From Alphaproteobacteria bacterium (lineage in GTDB: Bacteria; Pseudomonadota; Alphaproteobacteria; UBA7887), in contig CBDCGL010000011.1 in assembly GCA_965216755.1 (NCBI GenBank), forward strand, positions 320,001 to 384,000: a stretch of 64,000 nt of DNA, in the 5' to 3' direction. The notes beneath the pieces were generated by a model. It worked only from the letters and a program-made list of their open reading frames with translations. It was not told the origin of the DNA and ran no database searches. Of this stretch, positions 32,190 to 41,903 are shown one piece after another. Both the position numbers and the translations under genes were made by a program. The first letter of the stretch is position 1; every line of letters begins with the position of its first letter.

Positions 32190-33263
32190 ATGACCACGAT
32201 CGACCCACGGCTTACGGCCGCGGATGACGTATCGGATCCGTTTATCTCCGACGATGGCGGCGATGACGACCCGCCCGGTATGGACCGTCCAGTGCGCCGC
32301 CGCGGTCCGCGATTGGCGAGCCTGCTTGCGCTCGGCGCATGTGTGTTGTTTTTTGCGTATGTCGTTTGGCAAGCCAGCGTCATTGGGCGCGGGTCAGACG
32401 TAGCCGGCGATATCCCACTGATTCAGGCGGATCGATCGGATATTCGCGTGGCGCCGGAAGATCCGGGCGGCATGGACATCCGCCACCAGGACAAGACCGT
32501 CTATGATCGGCTTGAGTCCCAGCCTGCGGAACCAACCGTTGAACGGCTGTTGCCGCCGCCCGAGGAACCGGTTTTGGTGACGCCGCCTCCGCCGCCCGGA
32601 GTCGATGAAATAGCCGTTGACGCATCCACACCTCCGGCCGCGCCGGGTGGCGAGACAAGCGACGTTGCGATCTCGACGCTGGATCCGACGAGCCTTCAAG
32701 CCCCGCCTGAGGCGGCCACGACACGGTCGGCCGATGTTGTTGAAGCTGTTGATGCGGCGGGTGTTCCGACCCCTCCGGCGCGACCCGCACCGGCGCAAGT
32801 CGCGGCCACGGCACCTGTTCCTGCGCCCGCGGCCGCGCAATCTGAGGCATCGGCGCCGGTGACGCCACCGGCCGCCACAGCTCCCGCGCCAGCGCCACGA
32901 CCGACGACTGCGGCCCCGGCGCCGCAGTCCAGCCAGCCGGCGTCTCAAGCCCAAGCCCAGGCTGTGCCGGTCCCGGTGCCGGCTGCGGCGGCCCCCGCCG
33001 CGAATGCGTCGGGACCCGTGTATCGCGTGCAGCTCGCATCTTTCCGTGCGCGCGATGTCGCAGAGGGGGCATGGGTTCGTTCGGTTGCGCGTGTGCCCGA
33101 TCTGTTGGAAGGCTTACAACCGGATATTTTGCAGGTCGATCTGGGTGATCGGGGCATCTATTATCGGCTGCGGGCGGGGCCCTTGCCGGCTCTACAAGAC
33201 GCTGATCAGCTATGTACGGCGTTGAAGGCCCGTGGCTTGGATTGCCTCGTGGTTGAACGGTAG
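32190..33263 (+). CDS. SPOR-domain cell division protein (FtsN-like)
   Basis: Single TM, P.DPGG motif, Pro/Ala linker, VQLAS...YYRLRAGP...C..LK..G.DC SPOR domain; argS-SPOR-nagZ synteny. Confidence 0.88.
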   Translation: MTTIDPRLTAADDVSDPFISDDGGDDDPPGMDRPVRRRGPRLASLLALGACVLFFAYVVWQASVIGRGSDVAGDIPLIQADRSDIRVAPEDPGGMDIRHQDKTVYDRLESQPAEPTVERLLPPPEEPVLVTPPPPPGVDEIAVDASTPPAAPGGETSDVAISTLDPTSLQAPPEAATTRSADVVEAVDAAGVPTPPARPAPAQVAATAPVPAPAAAQSEASAPVTPPAATAPAPAPRPTTAAPAPQSSQPASQAQAQAVPVPVPAAAAPAANASGPVYRVQLASFRARDVAEGAWVRSVARVPDLLEGLQPDILQVDLGDRGIYYRLRAGPLPALQDADQLCTALKARGLDCLVVER

Positions 33264-33269
33264 GGCGCT

Positions 33270-34310
33270 TTGACTGCAAATGGCAGTGGCGCCCCGCGCG
33301 CGGTCATTTTCGGATGCGCGGGCACCGGCTTAGGCGCGGAAGAGAAAGCGTTTTTTGCTGAAACCGAGCCTCTTGGCTTTATCCTGTTCGCACGCAATAT
33401 CAAGGAACCGCGCCAAGTCCGCGATTTAGTGAGCGCATTACGCGAGTGTGTTGGCCGGCCCGACGCCCCGATCCTGATCGACCAAGAAGGCGGCCGCGTA
33501 GCGCGTTTGGGCCCGCCACATTGGCCGGTTTCGCCTCCGGCGGCTGTGTTCGGCGTTTTGGCGGCAAGCGATCGTGGCGCCGCGCGCCGCGCGGTAAGAG
33601 CGAATAGCCGGCTGTTGGGAAGTGCCCTCAAAGCTCTCGGGATCAACATGGATTGCCTGCCAGTGCTGGATCTGAACCTGCCCCAGGGGCACGGCATCAT
33701 CGGTGACCGCGCTTACGGCGCCGACCCGGAACGCGTTGCGGAATTGGGGCAGGCGGCTTGTGACGGATTGAAATCGGCCGGTATCGCGCCCGTCATGAAG
33801 CATATCCCGGGGCATGGTCGGGCGACGGTAGACAGCCATCTGGAACTGCCCCGCGTCGACGCGGCGGCCGAAGATCTCGAGAGGCTCGATTTCGTGCCGT
33901 TTCAGAAGCTCGCAACCATGCCCATCGCGATGACAGCGCACGTCGTCTATGGCGCCTATGACGATCAACCCGCGACAATCTCGAAGGTGGTCATCGAAAC
34001 TGTTATTCGCGGAAAAATTGGCTTTGATGGCCTGTTGTTGTCCGATGACTTGTGTATGGAGGCATTGGCAGGTTCGCCGGGCACGCGCGCGCAACGGGCT
34101 CTGGCGGCGGGCTGTGATGTTGTGCTGCATTGCAATGGCGATTTGGGCGAAATGCGCGACGTCGCAAACAATGCGGACTACCTGAGCCCGAGGGCAGAGA
34201 AACGGGTCGCGCAAGCGCTATCTTGGTGCGGCCCGGCGGTGCCGTGCGACATCCCCGCTGTGCGCGACGAACTTGCACAGCTGCTTGTATCCGTGCAGGC
34301 CTCAACGTGA
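33270..34310 (+). CDS. nagZ: Beta-N-acetylhexosaminidase
   Basis: GFILFARN, IDQEGGRV, KHIPGHG..DSH, SDDL.M.AL. Confidence 0.96.
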   Translation: MTANGSGAPRAVIFGCAGTGLGAEEKAFFAETEPLGFILFARNIKEPRQVRDLVSALRECVGRPDAPILIDQEGGRVARLGPPHWPVSPPAAVFGVLAASDRGAARRAVRANSRLLGSALKALGINMDCLPVLDLNLPQGHGIIGDRAYGADPERVAELGQAACDGLKSAGIAPVMKHIPGHGRATVDSHLELPRVDAAAEDLERLDFVPFQKLATMPIAMTAHVVYGAYDDQPATISKVVIETVIRGKIGFDGLLLSDDLCMEALAGSPGTRAQRALAAGCDVVLHCNGDLGEMRDVANNADYLSPRAEKRVAQALSWCGPAVPCDIPAVRDELAQLLVSVQAST

Positions 34311-34498
34311 GAGATTCTGCCTACGGGTGAGGCTTTTCCGATCGCGAACAATCCACCGTGCGCGCTAAGCGTTAGGCCCAGTCGACCCCGCCATCGGACC
34401 TCTTGATCCAAATTGGAATGCCCTTCATTGTGCCCTTCGCCAAAAAAGTAATGAGTTGACGTGTGAATTCGAACCATGCTGGTAAGGCGACAGGCGGG

Positions 34499-35347
34499 TT
34501 GGCGGTCGACAACAGCCAGGACGATCGGGCGGACACTGACGCTGATACCAATGTAACACCCATGAAACGGCCAACGAACGCCAACACCGGCGACGTTGGT
34601 GTCCGCGGTGAACAGCTTGTTTTGGCGCTCGATGGTTTTGAGGGGCCAATCGATGTTTTGCTGCTGTTGGCTCGGCAGCAAAAGGTTGACTTGACACGGA
34701 TTTCGATCCTCGAACTGTCTGAGCAATATTTGGCCTATATTCGCGAGGTGCGTCGCCGCCGCATCGAACTCGCCGCCGACTATTTGGTCATGGCCGCGTG
34801 GTTGGCCTATCTCAAGTCACGTTTGCTGCTACCGGCCGAGGACGAGGAAGAGGAGCCCAGCGGCGAAGAACTTGCCGCAGCCCTTGCCTTGCAACTGCGT
34901 CGGCTTGAGGCTATGCGGGACGCAGGCCGCCGGCTCATGGCGCGGGACCAACGCGGTCGCGACTTTTTTCGCCGTCCCGCCGCTGAAGGTGTCACGCGTG
35001 TCGAAACCCCAATCTACGCGCTCACCCAATATGATCTGATCAAGGCCTACGCCGATCAACGCCGGCGCATGCGTCCGCCATCGCTGTCCATCACGCCGAC
35101 TCGCCTGATGTCGGTTGAGGCTGCGGTGCGGCGCCTTTCTGAAATTATCGGAACTGTCGTGGATTGGACGATCCTACAGAAATTCTTGCCCGAAGCATTG
35201 GAAGGCGACCCGACACTGACGCGCTCCGCCGTTGCCTCGACTTTTGTTGCCAGCTTGGAATTGGCTCGAGAGGGGCGGATTGATCTGCGCCAATCCGAGG
35301 CTTTTGGGCCGATATTCGTACGACAAAGTAAACCGAGGGACGCGTGA
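34499..35347 (+). CDS. scpA: Segregation and condensation protein A
   Basis: FEGPIDVLL.LA..QKVD, AADYLVMAAWLAYLKSRLLLP, F.ASLELAREG; start uncertain (34463/34499/34562). Confidence 0.93.
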   Translation: MAVDNSQDDRADTDADTNVTPMKRPTNANTGDVGVRGEQLVLALDGFEGPIDVLLLLARQQKVDLTRISILELSEQYLAYIREVRRRRIELAADYLVMAAWLAYLKSRLLLPAEDEEEEPSGEELAAALALQLRRLEAMRDAGRRLMARDQRGRDFFRRPAAEGVTRVETPIYALTQYDLIKAYADQRRRMRPPSLSITPTRLMSVEAAVRRLSEIIGTVVDWTILQKFLPEALEGDPTLTRSAVASTFVASLELAREGRIDLRQSEAFGPIFVRQSKPRDA

Positions 35348-36006
35348 ATACGGAAGACGAATACAGAAGAGTTGTCGAAGCACTGCTGTTTGTCGCCAAA
35401 GAACCTCTGGGGCACGACGACTTGGCGAAGTACTTACCCGAGGGTGTAGATATTGGTGTGCTCGTTCAGAGCCTCGTCGACGCCTATTCTGGCAACGGCT
35501 TCAATTTGGTCCCCGTAGCCGGTGGCTGGGTTTTTCAGACCGCGCCGGATCTTGCGTACGTTTTGAGAGAACACGCCGAAGTCGAACGGAAGCTTTCACG
35601 CGCCGCGGTCGAGACATTGGCCATTATCGCTTATCACCAGCCCGTCACGCGTGCAGAAATCGAGCAAATTCGAGGCGTCGCGGTAAACAAAGGGACCATA
35701 GATACCTTGTTTGATGCGGGTTGGATTCAAACGCGTGGCCGACGGCGTACGCCGGGACGGCCCGTGCTGTGGGGCACGACGAAGTCATTTCTGGAGCATT
35801 TCGGACTGAACAGCCTAAACGAACTGCCGGGAGTCGAAGAATTGAAAGCCGCCGGCTTGCTGGATGCAGACATTGTGCATCTGGGACCGTCGCCGCGCGA
35901 CGCCGAGGCTGGCGTTTTACCGGAGCCGATCGAAGAGGACGAAGCACCAATTGACGAGCAATTGACGCCGGGCGACGCGGAATCGGATGTTAGCGCCGCC
36001 GGTTAG
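35344..36006 (+). CDS. scpB: Segregation and condensation protein B
   Basis: EALLF, LSRAAVETLAIIAYHQPVTRAEIEQIRGV, PGRP..WGTT..FL.HFGL. Confidence 0.96.
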   Translation: MNTEDEYRRVVEALLFVAKEPLGHDDLAKYLPEGVDIGVLVQSLVDAYSGNGFNLVPVAGGWVFQTAPDLAYVLREHAEVERKLSRAAVETLAIIAYHQPVTRAEIEQIRGVAVNKGTIDTLFDAGWIQTRGRRRTPGRPVLWGTTKSFLEHFGLNSLNELPGVEELKAAGLLDADIVHLGPSPRDAEAGVLPEPIEEDEAPIDEQLTPGDAESDVSAAG

Positions 36007-36027
36007 GCGCTGTGATGTCCCTATAGC

Positions 36028-36792
36028 CTAAATTACGCGCTCGTTTGGAATACCGCGGACATCCATTTCGTAGTCCAAACCTTGGACCGGTGGCCGGGCG
36101 TAATGCCACGTAATGCCCTGTCTCGCTGCGCCGCGCGCGACGATTTCGTCGGCGAGGAAAGGGTGAACATCGTAAACCGTGTAGACTTGGGTGGCGGTCA
36201 CATCTGGCCATCCGACGCCCAGTGCGTTCATCCGGGATTCCATGGTCGATAAGACGTATTTCGCCTTCTCGCGCATGCCGTCAGGCGATGTGTCCCCGAG
36301 ACGAATGATTCGCTCACTATATGGCCCTTTGCCCTCGGGTACTTCCGCGGAACCAGCGATGACGAAGCTTTGCAGTGTGGGACGATCGGTGCCATCCGCC
36401 GTTCGAACCGTATAGGAAAATGCGTGAAAACTTGGTTCGGGTGGTGGCGCGATTTCGGGGCAGACATTGGAGCGGGCAACTGGGTTCTCCTCGTCACGAA
36501 AAAGACCCCAGCGCTCCAGGGTCCCGACATAAATTCGATTGAAAGCGACAAACCCATCATCGGTAAACGGCGCCGGTGAACGAAGCTCGCAGGCACAGAA
36601 CGACGTCAGCGGGCGCCCGATCGCGTTCAGGTGCGCCTCAATGACCGCAAACCCCTCTTTGATTGGTCGTGGACGCGCGAAACGGACCCGTTCGATGACA
36701 TAGCCGTTGTCAGCTGTGACTCCACCGGAAAACTGAAAGGGTCCCCGCACATAGCGATATCCACCGTCAATGAATCGGGCTATTTCCAGCAT
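36028..36792 (-). CDS. CnbZ-like (2-amino-5-chloromuconate deaminase family) protein
   Basis: GGYRY..G.FQ.SGGV, CACELRSPAPF, NPVARSNVCP, PPV.GL.YEMD. Confidence 0.7.
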   Translation of the reverse strand: MLEIARFIDGGYRYVRGPFQFSGGVTADNGYVIERVRFARPRPIKEGFAVIEAHLNAIGRPLTSFCACELRSPAPFTDDGFVAFNRIYVGTLERWGLFRDEENPVARSNVCPEIAPPPEPSFHAFSYTVRTADGTDRPTLQSFVIAGSAEVPEGKGPYSERIIRLGDTSPDGMREKAKYVLSTMESRMNALGVGWPDVTATQVYTVYDVHPFLADEIVARGAARQGITWHYARPPVQGLDYEMDVRGIPNERVI

Positions 36793-36878
36793 CGCATTAT
36801 GTCCATTGGTTGTTTCGGATCATCGATAAGTTACCGGGCAACAGGGTGCGGACAATTGCTGTGTTGATACCCAGGCGG

Positions 36879-38021
36879 TCATTGGCCAAGGAACGCCAAC
36901 AATGCCGCGACAACCGCCTCCGGCTGTTCTTGCTGGACCCAGTGGCCGGCACCATCCAAAAGATGGACCTCGCGCATATCCGTGCACGCAACGTTCTGCA
37001 TCGCTTCGAAATCGCCGGGCTTTTGGTAGGTTCCCCAATCGCTTTTTCCGGCGATAAAACATGATGGTACATCGATGGAGCGCCCCGAGAAGATCTGGAG
37101 TTCGTTCATGAAAGCACCACTGGTGACGCAGCGGTACCATTGCAATCCACCTTGAAATCCATTTCTCTCATACTCTTGACTATAGACGGCTAATTCTTCG
37201 TCAGGTAGCCATTGACACGCGGCGATCTGGTCTTGTTGCGGCATTTCAGGGACTACCGTATCAGCCATGTCTTGGTCGAGATCCATGATGTAATAGGTCG
37301 GCAGCTTGGCCAATTCGTCGGCCGTCCATGATTCGAGCGGGTAGGGTTTGTTGTCCGCCCAGTCGGCGCTCTTATAGTGATAATACGCACGCAGAAAATC
37401 ATGGACGCCTTGCGAACAATGGCGCATATCGCCATCGGCTTCGCGGGTTGAGTAGTACCATTGATAGTGCTTTCGCGGGCGATTCAACGCGGCCAACGCC
37501 CGATGAATGTCGGATGCTGGTCGTGATGGCGCGTCCGCGCTACCCGTTGGCAAAGTCGGCGGGCCGGGAAATGGTGCGCTCATCAGCCCTACCGAACGGA
37601 ATATGTCGGGCCGAATCAGGGCGCAATGCGCCGCAACCGGCGAGCCGAAATCGTGACCGATAACCGCATTCACATGGCGGTAATCAAGGGCCGCAACCAA
37701 ACCCATGACATCGCGGGTCAGATTGAGCATTCGAAACGGGCTCAAGTCGCCATCATACTCGGCCGTCCAGCCGGTCGTCCGTCCATAACCTCTTTGGTCC
37801 GGTGCGACGACATGGAAACCGGCTTCGGCCAGGGGGATCATGACTTTTCGCCAACTGTAAGCCAACTCGGGAAAACCGTGCAGCAACAAGACACAAGGGC
37901 GATCGTCGCGCCCGAAGCCCGCTTCCAGGATGTGCATCGTGAGGCCATTGCCATTGTCGATAAGGCGCGAGCGAATCCCTGCGGGTAACGTGGCGCCGCC
38001 GTAGGCCACAGTCTCGGTCAT
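36879..38021 (-). CDS. Alpha/beta hydrolase, epoxide hydrolase-like
   Basis: LHGFPE, DQRGYG, GHDFGS, GHWVQQE; AGGGAG RBS before ATG 38021. Confidence 0.9.
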   Translation of the reverse strand: MTETVAYGGATLPAGIRSRLIDNGNGLTMHILEAGFGRDDRPCVLLLHGFPELAYSWRKVMIPLAEAGFHVVAPDQRGYGRTTGWTAEYDGDLSPFRMLNLTRDVMGLVAALDYRHVNAVIGHDFGSPVAAHCALIRPDIFRSVGLMSAPFPGPPTLPTGSADAPSRPASDIHRALAALNRPRKHYQWYYSTREADGDMRHCSQGVHDFLRAYYHYKSADWADNKPYPLESWTADELAKLPTYYIMDLDQDMADTVVPEMPQQDQIAACQWLPDEELAVYSQEYERNGFQGGLQWYRCVTSGAFMNELQIFSGRSIDVPSCFIAGKSDWGTYQKPGDFEAMQNVACTDMREVHLLDGAGHWVQQEQPEAVVAALLAFLGQ

Positions 38022-38077
38022 ATATGTCTCCCTGTTGAATGCGGTCGTGCGCCGGAGGGTGCCGGCTTGCGTCCGCT

Positions 38078-38761
38078 TTACGACACGCGGCCATTGGCCG
38101 TCGCGCTGGTCTCCCTGAGTTCCGCGCAAAGTTCGTCTGTGGTCAGGCGACGGCAATAACCGGCAAGGCTGGCGATCGCATGGGTGTGGCGTTCCGCGCT
38201 GTATGTCGCGCAGCTGTCTGTCGCCAGCGTCACCAGATAGCCAAGATCGCAGGCGTCGCGTACGGCCGAGCCGACACACTGATCCGTCAGAAAGCCACCG
38301 ATGATCAGTTGCCTGACCCCAAGGTTGCGCAAAACATAGTCGATGTTCGTGGAGACAAAGACGTTTGAGGAGGTTTTGGGAATCACGATCTCGTCGTCCG
38401 CGGGACGGATTTCATCCAGCACTTTGGCCTGCCACGAGCCTTTCGGCACGTTGAATCCGGTTATCCGATAGTCCAGACTGCGGTCGCGTCCGTCGCGGGT
38501 TAGATTTTCAATTACGGTGTACATGACCTCGATTCGCGCTTCGCGACATATTGATTGAAGGCGCGTCATGTTCGGTATGATCTCGCGCTGGACGTGGTCA
38601 AAGAACCCGGCAAAACGTGCGGTTCGTTCTACCTCCCCGAATTTGGCGAAGGCGCCACCGTCGGGCCGCGCGCAAAAGTTTTGAGCATCGACAAACAACA
38701 ACGCCGCCGATTCCGGAACGATCGCCACGTCACGGGTCGTAAGTGTGTCAAAATTCATCAT
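38078..38761 (-). CDS. Isochorismatase-family cysteine hydrolase
   Basis: LLFVDAQN, DGRDRSLDY, K..S.VF.ST, LTDQCV. Confidence 0.9.
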   Translation of the reverse strand: MMNFDTLTTRDVAIVPESAALLFVDAQNFCARPDGGAFAKFGEVERTARFAGFFDHVQREIIPNMTRLQSICREARIEVMYTVIENLTRDGRDRSLDYRITGFNVPKGSWQAKVLDEIRPADDEIVIPKTSSNVFVSTNIDYVLRNLGVRQLIIGGFLTDQCVGSAVRDACDLGYLVTLATDSCATYSAERHTHAIASLAGYCRRLTTDELCAELRETSATANGRVS

Positions 38762-38875
38762 CGATCGTGATTTCGAACAAGTGCCATTGGCAAGGGTAAC
38801 GGCCGAACGGCCGAAGGTCTAATCTGTGCTTTGATGGCTGGCGTCGGCGTAGTGTTTTGCAACGGAGGCAAGTCG

Positions 38876-40186
38876 GTGACGCGTGAAGAGCTGGTCTTTG
38901 TGTGCTGCAGCGACGTTTCGGGAAAGCTGCGTGGCAAGGCGATACCCGCTGTCGATTTTGACAGTCGCTGTCGGCGCGGGGTCGGTTGGACGCCGACAAA
39001 CGTGCAGATTACCTGTTTCGACACGATCGCGCCGAGTCCGTATGGCGCATTCGGCGATACGTTGTTGATGCCGGCGCCCGAAACGCGGTTGCGGATCGAC
39101 CGTGACGACGACCTGGTGTACGACGTCGTGCTGGCCAATATTCGGGACCTTGATGGCGATGACTGGACATGCTGCACGCGCACGATACTCCAGTCGGCGC
39201 TGGATCGCCTCAGAACGGTTTCCAGTCTCTCACTCTACGGCGCGGTCGAGCATGAGTTCCAATTGTCGGCAACAACGGGCGCGCTTGGTGAGGCTTACAC
39301 CTTGTCGGGCTTTCGTGCCGCGTGGCCATTTGGCGCGATGTTGGCTGGAACCTTGCGTGCCGCCGGTATCGTTCCGGAAACGATCATGCACGAGTACGGA
39401 GCCGAGCAGTTCGAGGTGACGGTCAAGCCGTCAAGCGGCGTGACGATTGCGGATCACGCCGTGCTCTTGCGTGACATCACACAAGTAACCGCCGAGCGTT
39501 GCGGTAAGCGTGCCACGTTCACACCCTTGCGTGCGCCTGGTGCGGTAGGCAACGGTGTCCATATTCATCTGAGTTTCCGCGATCACGAAGGGCAACCGGC
39601 GGGCTTTGATCGAAATCAGCCGCATGGCGTGTCGGCAATGACCGGCGCGTTCATTGCTGGGATCTTGCGGCATTTGCCGAGCATCGTTGCCTTGACCGCG
39701 CCCAGCGCCGTTTCTTACCAACGCTTGGTTCCCCACCGATGGAGCGCGGCATTCAACAATCTTGGCCTTCAAGACCGTGAAGCGGCCGTCAGGTTGTGTC
39801 CCATAACAACCATTGGCGACGCGGACCCAGCGCGCCAGTTCAACTTCGAGTTTCGTGCCTCGGACGCTGCGGCCAGTCCGCATTTGCAGCTTGCCGCGTT
39901 GGTTTATGCGGGCATTGCTGGGATCGAAGCGCAGCTTCCTGCGCCCGCTGCGACACAAGAAGACCTGTCCGAATCTGATCCCGATGCGTTGGCGAGAAGC
40001 GGGATATCGCGCTTGCCGAAGAGCCTTGGCGAAGCACTCGACAATCTGGATCGCGACGATGCGGCGCGATCGTGGTTTCCCGACGGGTTCATCGACATCT
40101 ATTTGGCGCACAAACGTGACGAAATTGCTTTTCTGGACGGAAAAGACACAGCGGAGATGTGCGCGCTCTACTCCAGGGCCTATTGA
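38876..40186 (+). CDS. Glutamine synthetase-like gamma-glutamyl-amine ligase
   Basis: D..GK.RGK, EHEF, HEYG..QFE, GNGVHIH, SYQRL.PH.WS, REAAVR, EFR..DAAASP; GGAGG RBS. Confidence 0.88.
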   Translation: MTREELVFVCCSDVSGKLRGKAIPAVDFDSRCRRGVGWTPTNVQITCFDTIAPSPYGAFGDTLLMPAPETRLRIDRDDDLVYDVVLANIRDLDGDDWTCCTRTILQSALDRLRTVSSLSLYGAVEHEFQLSATTGALGEAYTLSGFRAAWPFGAMLAGTLRAAGIVPETIMHEYGAEQFEVTVKPSSGVTIADHAVLLRDITQVTAERCGKRATFTPLRAPGAVGNGVHIHLSFRDHEGQPAGFDRNQPHGVSAMTGAFIAGILRHLPSIVALTAPSAVSYQRLVPHRWSAAFNNLGLQDREAAVRLCPITTIGDADPARQFNFEFRASDAAASPHLQLAALVYAGIAGIEAQLPAPAATQEDLSESDPDALARSGISRLPKSLGEALDNLDRDDAARSWFPDGFIDIYLAHKRDEIAFLDGKDTAEMCALYSRAY

Positions 40187-40262
40187 TGCGATGTTGTGCG
40201 AACCTGCGTCCCGGCCCTGAGCTGTGTCAGGACCGGGATGTTGGCAATCAGTTAGGGGAGCG

Positions 40263-41726
40263 CTAGGCAGCGTCCGCAGCTGGGTCGTCCTTGACGCCAA
40301 GACGGGTCGCGATGCCTTCGCCGTAAGCCGGATCTGCACGACGAAAATGTGCAATTTGCCGGCGGATGATCCGGTCTGGAACACCCGCCATTGCCCCGGC
40401 GATGGCGTCCATCAGACGTGCTTGCTGACCGTTGTCCATCAACCGAAACAAGCTACCGGCTTGGCCGTAGTCGTCGTTGTCAACCCGATGATCGTACCGA
40501 TCGGCAAAATCACCAGTGGCCAGCGGCGGTTCCATGACGGCCGGGTCCTCGACAGGGCCGCCGAGGCTGTTCGGTTCATAATTCACGGCGCCGCCACCAT
40601 TACCATCGAAGCGCATGCCGCCATCGCGATTGTACGAATGGACCGGACACCGTGGACGGTTGACGGGCAGCGCGTCATGGTTGATTCCCAGGCGATAACG
40701 ATGAGCGTCCGCATAGGAAAAGATCCGAAATTGCAGCATCTTGTCAGGGCTATGCCCGATACCAGGGACAACATTTGCCGGACTGAACGCGGATTGTTCG
40801 ACATCTGCAAAATAGTTGTCTGGGTTACGATCCAAGGTTAGAACACCGACTTCGATCAAGGGATAGTCGCCGTGTGGCCACACTTTGGTCAGGTCGAACG
40901 GGTTGTAAGCTGTTTTCTCCGCATCGGCCTCCGGCATGATTTGAACATACATGCGCCATTGCGGGTGGTCGCCCCGATCAATCGCGTCAAACAAGTCCCG
41001 CTGATGACTTTCCCGGTCGCCACCGATTAGATCCGCCGCGCCCTGTTCCGAAAGCACTTTGATGCCCTGCAACGTTTTGAAATGGAACTTTACCCAAAAC
41101 CGTTCACCCTGCGCATTGATCAGGCTGTAGGTGTGTGAGCCATAACCATTCATGTGACGATAGCTGGCCGGCAGGCCGCGATCCGAGAACAGAATGGTGA
41201 TCTGGTGCAGGCTTTCGGGGCTGAGCGACCAGAAATCCCACATTGCCGTCGAATTGCGCAGATTTGTGCGCGGATCACGTTTTTGGGTGTGAATGAAGTC
41301 GGGGAATTTGTACGGATCACGGACGAAAAACACCGGTGTGTTGTTTCCAACCAGATCCCAATTTCCTTTTTCGGTGTAAAACTTCACTGCGAAACCCCGC
41401 ACGTCTCGCTCGGCGTCGGCGGCGCCGCGTTCACCGGCGACTGTCGAAAAACGCAAAAAGCACGGAGTGGTCTTGCCGATCTTCGAGAAAACGTCGGCCT
41501 TGCTGTAGCGGCGAATATCGCCGGTGATGGTTAGGGATCCGTATGCCGCCGAGCCCTTTGCGTGGACCACGCGCTCCGGTATCCGCTCTCGGTTAAAGTG
41601 GGCGTGTTTCTCGAACAGTTGCCAGTCTTGGACCAGCAGCGGACCTCGCGCGCCGGCCGTCAGGCTGTTCTGATTGTCGCCGATCGGGATTCCTGCATTG
41701 GTTGTCAGTCGAGTGCGATGTGTCAT
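40263..41726 (-). CDS. katA: Monofunctional heme catalase (small subunit)
   Basis: [38 protein letters not shown] proximal Tyr motif. Confidence 0.96.
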   Translation of the reverse strand: MTHRTRLTTNAGIPIGDNQNSLTAGARGPLLVQDWQLFEKHAHFNRERIPERVVHAKGSAAYGSLTITGDIRRYSKADVFSKIGKTTPCFLRFSTVAGERGAADAERDVRGFAVKFYTEKGNWDLVGNNTPVFFVRDPYKFPDFIHTQKRDPRTNLRNSTAMWDFWSLSPESLHQITILFSDRGLPASYRHMNGYGSHTYSLINAQGERFWVKFHFKTLQGIKVLSEQGAADLIGGDRESHQRDLFDAIDRGDHPQWRMYVQIMPEADAEKTAYNPFDLTKVWPHGDYPLIEVGVLTLDRNPDNYFADVEQSAFSPANVVPGIGHSPDKMLQFRIFSYADAHRYRLGINHDALPVNRPRCPVHSYNRDGGMRFDGNGGGAVNYEPNSLGGPVEDPAVMEPPLATGDFADRYDHRVDNDDYGQAGSLFRLMDNGQQARLMDAIAGAMAGVPDRIIRRQIAHFRRADPAYGEGIATRLGVKDDPAADAA

Positions 41727-41815
41727 GTGTGCAATCCTTCAAGAATGTGATTCTGGCGCACATAGCGAATCGCCCGCAGCTTGCTTGTCGGTTATGGATT
41801 CGCGATGTCATGCGA

Positions 41816-41832
41816 GTTAGAATTATTCTAGA
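41816..41832. promoter_or_regulatory. Irr/ICE-like (Fur-family) operator upstream of catalase
   Basis: GTTAGAATTATTCTAGA vs ICE consensus TTTRGAAYNRTTCYAAA (15/17). Confidence 0.6.
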
Positions 41833-41847
41833 AAAAAGGTTTGTAAA

Positions 41848-41884
41848 ATGGATTGTTTCTATATCAATGATATATTTTGGTAAT
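41848..41884. promoter_or_regulatory. OxyR binding site upstream of catalase
   Basis: ATGG-N7-CTAT-N7-ATAT-N7-TAAT matches the ATAG-N7-CTAT-N7-ATAG-N7-CTAT spacing; adjacent to oxyR. Confidence 0.7.
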
Positions 41885-41903
41885 CAAATTAGACGTGCGC
41901 CGG

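Noticed and set aside
32380-33279. 299-aa minus-strand ORF and Pro/Ala low complexity
   Set aside because: Shadow of the SPOR protein linker.
39431-40384. 317-aa minus-strand ORF
   Set aside because: Antisense to the GS-like gene, with no recognisable motifs.
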